Source: Antedon mediterranea (lineage: Eukaryota; Animalia; Echinodermata). Taken from it: a stretch of DNA of 64,000 bases. Below, piece after piece: positions 1-10,601 of this stretch. The translations under genes were made by a program, and so were the position numbers. Numbering within the stretch: position 1 is the first letter of the stretch; each line of letters opens with the position of its first letter. Below the pieces are notes generated by a model. That model searched no databases. It was given only the letters and a program-made list of their open reading frames with translations, and was not told where the DNA came from. The stretch is taken from NCBI RefSeq assembly GCF_964355755.1, contig NC_092675.1, positions 15,410,912 through 15,474,911 on the forward strand. Direction: 5' to 3'.

Positions 1-843
1 CTATGTGTACTCTTTCATGTTCAATCCCCAACAACACTGCCCACTAATAAAAAAAAATGGTTGAAAAATATTTTTACTTGATTATGTCATTGAAATTATT
101 AATAAACCCTTTGAAGATGCGAGGTTTCTACCCCAAGTGACTGAAGCTAAATAAGGTATTTTCAATAGGTTTAGGAAAAATGGAAAATATATTTTTATGA
201 CTGTAAATTTCTGCAATTGTTGGTTTTATTATGTGAATTATTTTGGTTTTCCGACAATTGCATTTTCAATGCAATAAAAAATAATATAGGATGATAGGTG
301 ATCTGGAGATATACTGTAATTTTAGATGTTCAAAACTAATTCAAAAAGTACACGGACATAAGTATTCATATGTAATATATAATATTGTAAATTGTCTGAA
401 ACTTGCTCACATAATGCCTATCTATGTGAATATTCCTAATAATATTACTTGGTCTTGAGAAGGTCTAGCTGATGCTGACATGGTGGCCAGGATTTTCCCA
501 AAGGAGGGGCCAAAAGCATTGGTGGGGGTGGGCCATGTGCTCAAAGCTATATCCTATTTTTGGGGGGTCAGAAGGCGGCTCCCCAGAAAGCTTGATAATA
601 TTAGACATTTAAGGCCAGTTTTAGTCACTTCACTGAAAATCGTTTAATTGGGCGAATCAATTGGGCACACTCAGTAGGGTTCTATTGTTCAATTTTTATC
701 AGAAAATACCATACTTTTCTCTCCGACAAACATGGTACCGCAGAACAGAATTAAAAAACTACCGGCATAGTAATAGTATATTCCTTGTATACAGTAAGTT
801 CTATGAGAAAGGGGTTAATAGTATGAGGAAACATTTTTCTTAC

Positions 844-984
844 CCATACACTCTTCATAGTAATGGGTAGTTTCAACGGTGTTTCTTCAATAACTTTGCG
901 CATAATTTTGCGAACTTTTAATCTGTACGTCACAACATCCTTCAGGGATGGCCATTGGAAGCTTCCTCCCATCCTATAATTTTC
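844..984 (-). CDS. ovoA: OvoA coding exon (ENYRMGGSFQWPSLKDVVTYRLKVRKIMRKVIEETPLKLPITMKSVW); gene continues beyond the left window edge
   Basis: ttattttag acceptor, gtaag donor, 141 nt; WPSxxxVxxYRxKVR...LPIT..S.W motif that precedes the iron-binding HxxxHxE exon, which is not in this window. Confidence 0.92.
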
Positions 985-1486
985 CTAAAATAAATAAGAT
1001 ATCATTAAATTTAGTTTATTTGTAAATAAATAAATTTATAGAAACTACAAAATGACTTTTGTTTTTCATAGTGAACTAAAGCTAACTAAAAATCCAGGTA
1101 GCTGAACGATTTGGATAATGTAACACATTGTTGTTATACCTTTATACGATCGAGTGATCTAATTAAAAGTTTACTGTTAAAGAGCTGTTTTAGTAGTTTG
1201 TTGTTTCCGAACATCACAGATATCAATTCAGTGTACCCTCAAATAACAATATTACTGGGTACTTAATTGTATGTAGATAAGCTATCATCTCAACTCAAAT
1301 AAAAAGCGACATTTATACTCTTAATGGTGGAAATTTCACTAGCTCTGACGAAATCATTTAAAAAACAGTGTGGACTCCAGTATCCCGGCCTGGTATTCTG
1401 GCAAATGTATTTAACATTTTTATGGTGTTATACTCAAATGTTTTCAGGAAGGAATATTGGTTCCTATTCTTATCGTTCTATTATTA

Positions 1487-1830
1487 TTATTACCTCCGCC
1501 AAGGAGGTTATATTTTCATCCCTGTATGTTTAATTGTGTTTGGGTGTGTAAGACGTGTGTGTGTGCGTGCGTGTCTGTGAACAGCCTGGAGACCACAGTT
1601 CTTATCCGAATCTGGCCAAATTTGGCCTGAATGATCTATGCCCCAAAAGCTCGAACGAGTTCGATTTTAAGGGGAAAATGTCATAGGTCAAGGTCACAGC
1701 TAACAAAAAACTATTTTACTGCCTCGGGACCACAGTTTTTATCTGATTCTCACCAAACTTAGCCACAATGATCAATGACTCATCATATAATTGTGATTAA
1801 ATTTTGAAGGGTCAGGGTCTAAGATCAAGC
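1487..1830 (+). mobile_element. Helentron-associated (HINE/DINE-1-like) non-autonomous element, 5' part
   Basis: Starts TTATTACCTCCGCCAAGGAGGTTA, followed by a GT-rich microsatellite and repeated 'gaccacagtt...ccaaa' and 'ggtcaaggtca' core motifs; 3' end not defined. Confidence 0.55.
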
Positions 1831-1882
1831 TCCACAAAAAAAAAGATATAAAAAAATATTTTTAAAAAAATAACACAAAAAA

Positions 1883-1950
1883 ACCACAGCGGGAATTGAA
1901 CCAGCGATCTCAACTGTGTGAGGCTGGATACATAACCTTTACACCAAACT
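1883..1950 (-). pseudogene. Degenerate tRNA-derived sequence (Val-CAC-like)
   Basis: Minus strand TGGTGTAAAGGTTA (A box)...CTCACAC loop...GGTTCAATTCC (B box) followed by a T-run; stems pair poorly. Confidence 0.5.
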
Positions 1951-2668
1951 CTCATCCACAACTTTGTAATGTGCAGTTTTACACTTAGAACTAATATAAT
2001 AAATAATATTGGTCTGAATAATCTTACCTGTGGCATTGTTATAATTACTAATTACGCCAATTAAATTACTGACCACGGATTACATTTCAATCTTGGTAAA
2101 ATGTTAAGATATGTCTTTCACTTTTTTAAATTTGTAAACTATATTCCTTGCATATCTCGGACAAATATTTACTGTGCCGCACATATCTCGCTGCCTCGCA
2201 CTTTGTCAACACTCAGGCCAAAGTATAGTGTGTCAATATCATTGACTTCAACAAATTGACAGGCTAAGAATAGGACCCAGACTACCTAACAAAACGCTAC
2301 AAACAAACATTTTATCAAATATAGGGGCTACGATCCTGTCGTCTTAGCCTAGAGCCATTCACACATTCAAGCTAAAAAAATAGCCTGGGAATGGGTGGAG
2401 TTTTGCTGAGGTATGTTTCATTATTTTTCCTTGGGTCATTTAGTCCTAATTTTGATGGCTGAGAGTAGTTGAAAAGAATGAATTAAACATAAGAGCTCAT
2501 ATTAAATATGCAACGAGAAACTTCGCACTTCCGTTGTGTAACGGTAGACATGTTGAGTGCCAAGACAATAACTATGGCAAAATGAACTAACTAAACTTAA
2601 CTACAAAACATATTTATATAGTTCTATTTAATCAAAAAGTTTAGAAAAATACCAAAATTAAAACTTAC

Positions 2669-2737
2669 TGTGTCATCCCATGACATTTCATCAACACCCG
2701 TTTCAAATAAAGTCTCAAAGTCCATGTCTACTCTTTC
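2669..2737 (-). CDS. ovoA: OvoA coding exon (ERVDMDFETLFETGVDEMSWDDT)
   Basis: 69-nt phase 0/0 exon with AG/GT boundaries; GVDEMSWDD motif characteristic of OvoA. Confidence 0.93.
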
Positions 2738-3072
2738 CTTGGGAAACAAACACAAACATTTATCTATTTTCTTATGTTGGCAATTTTAATCAACAGATCA
2801 AAAATAAAATATGATAATTATGGATAATATAAAAATAATAAATTGTGTAAGGCCTAAAATTGATGCTCAAATGATTCAGGCTTTCCATGGCTAAAAAAAT
2901 TTGTGACAAAAGAGTTAAATTAGGTTGTGAAAAAATGGACCGTTATCTGCATATGGGAGGTTTGCATTCATCGCTGATAGCTTCCACTCATAAATGCTTA
3001 AGCCAGTCTGAACCTATCAGCAATCAAATAATATGCTCAGCTTATATTACTTAATTAAAAAAAGGAACTTAC

Positions 3073-3185
3073 TGTGATGAGACCTGCCAATATAAGTTTG
3101 TTTATATAGACAGTGGCAGTATGTGCATAGTAAAAGATAAGAGGAAGACGAAGTCTGTCAGGACACACATAAAATGCCTTTTTAT
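3073..3185 (-). CDS. ovoA: OvoA coding exon, DinB-like domain (KKAFYVCPDRLRLPLIFYYAHTATVYINKLILAGLIT)
   Basis: ttttcgcag acceptor and gtaagt donor; LRxPLIFYxxHTAxxYxNKL signature of 5-histidylcysteine sulfoxide synthase. Confidence 0.93.
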
Positions 3186-4005
3186 CTGCGAAAAAGGAAA
3201 ATACAAGCAGTGCTGTAGTAATTATTATAGAATTTTAAAAAGTATGTGGTTGGAAAATACACTGCAGTTATAACGTAAGACAACAAAAATATATATTGTG
3301 TTGGCCATGCCGACCGACCCTAAACTGACGAAAATGAAGGTCAGAATTTTTTTTCCTGAGCCAGACTTGAAAATAAATGGTGACAAAATTGTTGTCTTTG
3401 TGAATCGATCATGTGATAACCATCTGGGGAATTTCCTCTGTGATGAGAAATCGGAATATGGGTGCTGGCTGATCACGGTCTACATTTTAATCCTTAATGC
3501 TAGTGTAATTACGTATGGATAAAACATATAAAACTCACTAAACTAAAGTATTTTTCATCTGAAACATAGTTCACAACCACCTTGCATCGTGTGGGACGGT
3601 CCCGCATGTCAAAGTGTTTTTTAATGAAACACGCATTTTTGTGACCACATATTTGTCATGCATTTGACTGAAGTATATGCGTGATCTTTTTTTTTATCAC
3701 TATTTTAGAGGAAAATGCATTCAAATTGGTATATTTTTATTATCTAAAAAAAGATTTTTTTTTTATCTTTTGTGGTTAACCACCACCTTTATTCATTCAA
3801 TGTTTCATAAACAACAATTACATTTTTTTCGTTATTTTCTTATTTTTATCCTCTTTAATATTAATAATTTTAGCCTCTAGGCTTATATGTACTACCCAAT
3901 GTATTCTTAATGTATATTTGTTTTGTCTACTACACTTTAAAATTTTTTTATATGTTTACATTATTTTCTGCATATTTTTTGTACCGTTATCTAAAATTTC
4001 AAAAC

Positions 4006-4700
4006 ATCATCATCAGGTATTGTTAGTCCACTGCTGGACGAAATCCTCAGCATGTTTCTGCCATCTGCCAACGATCTCTAGCTTCACCCTGCCATTGCAC
4101 TGTACCCCAATACTTGTCTATCATCTCGCCATCTCACTCTTTGTCTTCCTCTATTTCTGCTCCAATCCATGGGTCTCCATTATGTCATTTACGAAGTCCA
4201 TCTATTGTCTGTTCTCCTACTGATATGTCCAGCCCACTTCCACTTACTTAATTTGATATTTCTCATATGTCTGGGACTTGTTTGTTTTCTCACCCATTCA
4301 TTTGTTGTTTGTCTTTATATGTGATTTCCATATTGGCACCAGCCCAATCTTATTCTCCTCTTTATCTCCTGATTCTTTTCTTACAGGCTAAATCTCTGCT
4401 CCAGATAGATATATTCATTAACTTCATCAATTGTATTGCCAGTAACAGTCACAGATCCATGAGGTACCTTAAATTTGCCATAACTTTTTTTTCCTTCATA
4501 TTCATTTTCAATCCACAACATTTGCTGGCATTTGCAAGGTCTTTAAGCATATCCTCCACTTCACTAATTTGCTCTTCCAGGACAACAATGTCATCTGCAA
4601 ACCTCAGATGATTAAATTTTTCTCCATTGATATCCACTCCTTTATCCTCCTACTCCAGTAAGCAAAATATGCCTTCCAAACAGGCTGTAAACAGTTTACA
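4006..4700 (-). mobile_element. RTE-clade LINE, degraded 3' fragment
   Basis: NHLRFADDIV RT motif (ORF 4449-4637); 3' end cgtccagcagtggac...(ATG)n tail typical of RTE. Confidence 0.8.
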
Positions 4701-5389
4701 GGGTTACATCAGGTGGTTAAAATCAGTACCAAGATTCTAACCAACTTTATATACCATCGAGTAAACATTCTAGAAATAACGCGCGAATTACCAATTTTGC
4801 CCTTACGTAAATTTATATATAGATTATCTTCTAAAATTGCTATCTTTATATTACATTTTGATGATGTCATGAAATTAAAAATTTGATGAGTCTCGTAATT
4901 TCATTTTGCTACACTGTATATAACGTATACAGATTATTCGGTATACTGTTATGCTTTAGGACACAAAATAGGTACAATTCAACACTGTAAACATATGTTT
5001 TTTTCTGATCCATAGCAATTCTTTTTATACGTTTTTGCCATGTGCTTTCTTTTTCAATATTTTTGTATTGTCTCAGTTGTGGGTGTGGTTCAATCTGTTC
5101 ATGATTCTGTTTTACGCGTTGTTGAAGTTCTTACATTTCAACATCTTTCTTATGTTCTTCCATCAACCAACCTATTTCATACACTCTACAAGTACTGGGA
5201 GCCTGTAACATCTGATTTCACCCCATTCCTTTGCTTATCTGGACTCATTAAGTAGATTTTGCCATGCACCTGTGACGACAATTTACAGCGACGGTTGTAC
5301 GGCGAGCATGACATCCTTTAATCTCACGATTGTTCTGAAATCATATGTACATCCCTAATACGTTGTAAAAATATGGTCTTCGGTTAAGT

Positions 5390-8090
5390 TGTATCTATTG
5401 GGTACACATAATGTCTCGGGATTTCCATTTCCCAGGATCTGGACATAGCAAATGCTTGAACCAGCTCAGTTTTAGAGACTTCACTAATGCTACCATGTTG
5501 AGATCACTGTCTTCATTTTTATTTAAGTGTTGTCCTTTAAATTTTTTCTCTATTTCCGCTCCATAGAAAATTATAAATTTCCTTTTCAACAATAGGAAAG
5601 ATATATGTGGATATGTTTATTATAATAGCATTGTAAATGAGTTTAGATAGCTAGAGTTTTAATTATTATTTTTCCAAAGAAGGATTATAAGTATCTTGTT
5701 TTCCATAACTGTAAAGTTTTTTTTAAATGAACAGTTTTATCGTCTCAATTTTTTTTTCACACAACTTTTCGTTGTAACCAACGTATATTCCTAAGAATTA
5801 TTGGTTCTTTTGTCCATAAAATATTATACAGAGAGGAATCAAGAAATCTGCTTTTGTTTTTTTTATATTTAATTTCAAGCCTGATATGTCACAGAATGTT
5901 TGAATTTCAACAACAAAATAGTCCATCACGCGTGAAAATTACAGTATTATCTGTCAATCTTAAAAATTGTATCTGAAGCATTTTTATCACTTGGTAGTGT
6001 GATGCCTTTCTGGAGTGGATTCGCTCTTATATTTATTGACATAATTTTGGCAACTAAAATAAATAATGAGGCAGACAGTGGACACCCTTGCTTAATTCCG
6101 CAATTCTTTTTGAAGCTCTCGGAGACCCAACCATTGTTTATCACTTTACATCATGTATCTGTATAAATTGAGTTAATCCATTTTATGAACGATTTGCCAA
6201 AGCCAAATTTCTCAAGTGTTTTAAACATTAGCTTTCTGTCTATGGAATCAAAAGCTTTAGCAAAATCAAGAAAAATCATTGCACCAGGTATATTTTTGTC
6301 TTTTGTAAAATTTAGTAAGTCGTCTACTAGTTTAATATTTTCTCCACCGACCCTTCCTTTTATATATGCTTTTTGTCATTGCTTATTATCAAACCAATTA
6401 TGTTGTGCATTCGGTTAGAAAGGCGTGTTCCATAATTTTATAGTCTACGTTAAGTAAAGTAATTGGTCTCCAATTTTCTAAATTTTCTCACTGTGAGCTG
6501 GATAATTTATTTTAATTGTAACTATAATTTAAAAAATTGCATAAAATGTGTTTAATTTCATTCCAGAAGGTTCTATAAAATTCCATGCTTAATCCATCCG
6601 ATCCTTGACTTTTATTTAGATGCATTTTCTCAACAGCGTACATGAGTTCTTTTTCTAGAATGATGCCATCACGTTTTGCAGAATCACATTGTGAAAGTGT
6701 GTTCACATTTGTATTTTCTAGGTAATCTTTTATATTTTTAATTATTTATTTTTTATTTATTTCATTTCCCAACCAACAGTGAACTCATGGTTCACCACTT
6801 ACAGGAGGGAACACAGACAAACACGTACACATAAAATAAATCTTATCTTAGCACCTTGTGCTTCAATTTGGTATATTTTCTCGAGATCTTTTGATTTTGA
6901 TCTAAGTTTTTTTATCTATAAACTGCTATTTAATTGATTAGTTTAGTCCTTTTACTTCTTTGGTCAATATTTCTTTTGGAATATTTTTGTTTTTTTTCTT
7001 TTTTTACACAATATTTTATAGAGAATTCTTACATTTGGGTTTAGGTTATGTTTATTTTTTTTTTTCATTTTCAAATATTCTTTTTATAGCAGTACTGTAA
7101 TTTTCTTCGTTTAGGACTCCTTTTTTCTTTTCTTGTTGTTTTTGTTTATTTGTTTCATTTGTAGCTGTCTCTAACTCTCGAGTTTCTTGTATAGTTTCTT
7201 CTTGACTAACACTTTTCATTCCCTTCTTGCATTATCTTCTGAACTCTGTCGTCTAGTTCCATAGAGTTTATGGGTGTTTTTCGGGTTGACAGGTTTGGTT
7301 AGAAAGTCTTCAAGAACCCCGATAACATTTTGTGCATTATCAGTATTTATAGGTTCATGTTCTGTTGCTACTTCATTGTCTTCTTTAGTTTTTGGTATTT
7401 GATCTACAATATCTATTTTGGGATGGATGACATCACATGTTTCAATTATTGGCTATGTATGTGATTCAGATTTGTTGCAGTTCTTTGCTATGTGGCATAT
7501 CTGATTGCAGAAATGGCATCTAGTATTGTTAAATTTTGTTGGACATTCGTTCATTAAAAACACTTTTTTAGTGTTTTTTATCTTTGTGAAATAATCTAGA
7601 GTTAAAGTTATTTAATCTTGGCATATTTTGGTAAACTTCCTTCCAAAGGCTACTAAAAATCGTGATAATTTTCTGTTTATTCTAAATTTGATTAATTGTA
7701 TGTCTCCTAGGATTTTGCAGCCTAGTTTTTTTCAGAGTTTGTATTATTTCTTCATTTCTAACTGATAGAGGGATGTCCTTCACTAGAACTCGAATTCAAT
7801 AGTCGTTATTTATGAACAGGTTTAGGTCATATACTTGAATATTTTTGCCTCTTATGTTCAGGCCAGTGAGTGGATAGCTTTCACACGTTTATTGTGATCA
7901 TCAATATAAATTCTCCATAATTTTTTAACCTTTTGCGCCCCAATTAAATGGTCGCAGAAAATTATCATTAAGTGCTAAGTATATAACCTTTTCTTTTATG
8001 AATTTGTCTTTTCTTTTGATGATGTCATCGTATTTATGAATATCGATTTAATGTACGGCTGTTGGGATTGTTTGGTCAGTTGTCTCCATA
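5390..8090 (-). mobile_element. L1/Tx1-clade LINE relic (ORF1 remnant plus fragmented RT, internally deleted)
   Basis: KSQGSDGLSMEFYRTFW, NNGWVSESF..GIKQGCPLSASLFILV and DFAKAFDSIDR fragments, similar to the younger Tx1 at 33.7-38.8 kb; many stops and frameshifts. Confidence 0.85.
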
Positions 8091-8329
8091 GTAACAAGTG
8101 GTCTTAGAATTAACGTTGTCAATGTGATCACTGAAGCTTACAGTGTGTATAGATCTAGCCCCTTTCTAACTAGGGTAAAAAAATGTGATTTTCTCCTGGA
8201 CAGCTAGTTAGTCGGTCAGAACCAAGTTGTCTCGTTGGCCAACACAAACTCTACTTCCAAAGTTAAAGAAATAAACTTCTATGAATACTGAAAATGTTTG
8301 ATATAAAGTTGTATAACACTCACAATTAA

Positions 8330-8945
8330 ACAATTGAGTTTAATCTATGATTTTCTCAAAACTAAATTTATTTTAAATAATTTTGAAGCTGATTACAAAT
8401 GCAGACTTCAAACATGCAATTTACTACCATTATGTTTTAGGCATCACTTTACTGATATCATTTTTATCTTTAAGATTTTCAATTCTAATATAATTAATAC
8501 TGACAATTTATTTAATATTCGTAATCCACAACGTGTTACTCGTAGCTCTTCTTCTGTTGGTACTCTTTTTGATATTCGTCGCTGCAGAACTGAATCTTCT
8601 TTTCAATCATATATCCCACGTGTTACCAGAATTTGGAATAACTTACCCAGTGAAATCCGCAACTTAAATATTTCTGTTAGTTCTTTTAAAACCAAATTAC
8701 TTAATTATCTCAATATTTATTTTTTAAATAATTTTGATATTGAAAATGTGTGTAGTTGGTCGCTTTCTTGTCGATGCTTTTATTGTAGAACGTAATTTAT
8801 TTATTTTTCTCTGTTCTGGGTTGACCAACTAGCATAGGTGTTTAGCACCTGTTTGGTCTTTCCTGCCTCCTTTTATAATTGTTTTGTCTTCTTTGTTTAT
8901 GTATATGGCAGAAATTGAATAAATAAAAATAAATAAAAATAAAAA
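8330..8945 (+). mobile_element. CR1/L2-group LINE 3' end
   Basis: ORF 8334-8795 (..RVTRIWNNLPSEIR..SFKTKL..CxCxxC) followed by a short 3' UTR and an AATAAA-rich tail. Confidence 0.8.
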
Positions 8946-9992
8946 ATCATCAGTTTGATAGATTTTAACGTACTTGTACATTGAAAGCCAACGTTGAAGA
9001 AGAAATGCAAAATGCACATAATATGTTAAAATATAAACATACTGTACGTAACGTTAAATTATTCCGAAAATTATTATGATGAAGTAAATGTTTACAGTGA
9101 TGAATTGTGTCTGTTTTTTTGTCATACAGTATACAGTATTTTTACAGAATACACTGTTATATGTGAAAAAATGAACTTATTTAAAAACACTGTTATATTA
9201 TATACAGTGTAGCATAGAAGAAATTACGAGAATGACGATAACACTTTTAGAGGATAATCATCTAAATAATTACAATCATCAAAATTCAAAGAATTTTGGG
9301 CACGTAAAAGCAAGATGCACGCTTTTCTAATTGCGAAAAATATTTACGAAAGAAATGAAAATCCGACTTTTTTAATTCAACTGGCCATATGAAGACGTTA
9401 TGACATCAGATATACAAAATTTCTATATGAATTTATATCTACAATTCAACAGCTTCCATAATAAGTTTTAATCACTTTTCATTCCGATATAAAACAGCTT
9501 TCACAGATTAAACGCCACTCCGAGAGTGTATACCTCTGCCTAATGTAAAATTCTCCTATATAAGATTTCTCCGGGTATATATATATATCACCGGGCGGTT
9601 TAGAATTAATGTTCTTTGCCTACTTTGTTTATATATATATATATATATATAAACACAAGAGGCAAAGAACATTAATTCTAAACCGCCCGGTGATATACTG
9701 AAATTTAATTAATTAATTTGAAACGATAAAGATGAGGAAATCTGTGAGAATGAGAAAAAGTCTCGAACTTGGACCGCCTGCTTGATATGCAGATGTCCTA
9801 ACCATTAGACCACTGGGGCTTTCATGGTATTGTTCGAACTCGATCGGATAACGACTCTTTAACATTCTCTGTGTGGTTATATATATATATATATATATAT
9901 AAATCAATGATGTTGCGTAGCACTGTGTAAATTATATATAAATCATACTGTAAATTATAATATGAGCACTGTTTCTATAATTTACAGGTATG

Positions 9993-10030
<38 letters not shown>

Positions 10031-10138
10031 ACAACAGGCATAGAAATAAATTCCAAACCGTCCGGTGATACACTGAAAATTATTTAATTAATTTTTGAAA
10101 CGATAAAGATGAGGAAATCTGTGAGAATGAGAAAAAGT

Positions 10139-10210
10139 CGCCCCAACCGAGACTCGAACTCGGACCGTCTGCTTGATATGCAGTTGCCCTAACCATTAGA
10201 CCACTGAGGC
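10139..10210 (-). tRNA. tRNA-like cloverleaf, anticodon ATC (Asp-like), repeat-borne, copy 2
   Basis: GCCTCAG TG GTCT AATGGTTA GGGC A ACTGC ATATCAA GCAGA CGGT CCGAG TTCGAGT CTCGG TTGGGGC G, followed by ACTTTTT. Confidence 0.7.
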
Positions 10211-10529
10211 TTTCATGGTATTGTTCTTTAACTCGATCGGATAACGACCCTTTAACATTCTCGGCGTGGCACGGTTGGAACACAACTAGTCCTCAGTTGT
10301 ACGCACGCGCACCAGAGATCAAATTGATACGCCCTCATCTATAATTCAGTATATTTATTCACTAAGCGGGATCTCGAGAGATACTTTTATATAAAGAACA
10401 TTATATATATATATATATAAACACAAGAGGCAAAGAACATTAATTCTAAACCGCCCGGTGATATACTGAAATTTAATTAATTAATTTGAAACGATAAAGA
10501 TGAGGAAATCTGTGAGAATGAGAAAAAGT

Positions 10530-10601
10530 CGCCCCAACCGAGACTCGAACTTGGACCGCCTGCTTGATATGCAGATGTCCTAACCATTAGACCACTGGGG
10601 C
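10530..10601 (-). tRNA. tRNA-like cloverleaf, anticodon ATC (Asp-like), repeat-borne, copy 3
   Basis: 72 nt; acceptor GCCCCAG/TTGGGGC, D stem GTCT/GGAC, anticodon stem TCTGC/GCAGG, T loop TTCGAGT, G73, T5 terminator 2 nt downstream. Probably not a decoding tRNA. Confidence 0.72.
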
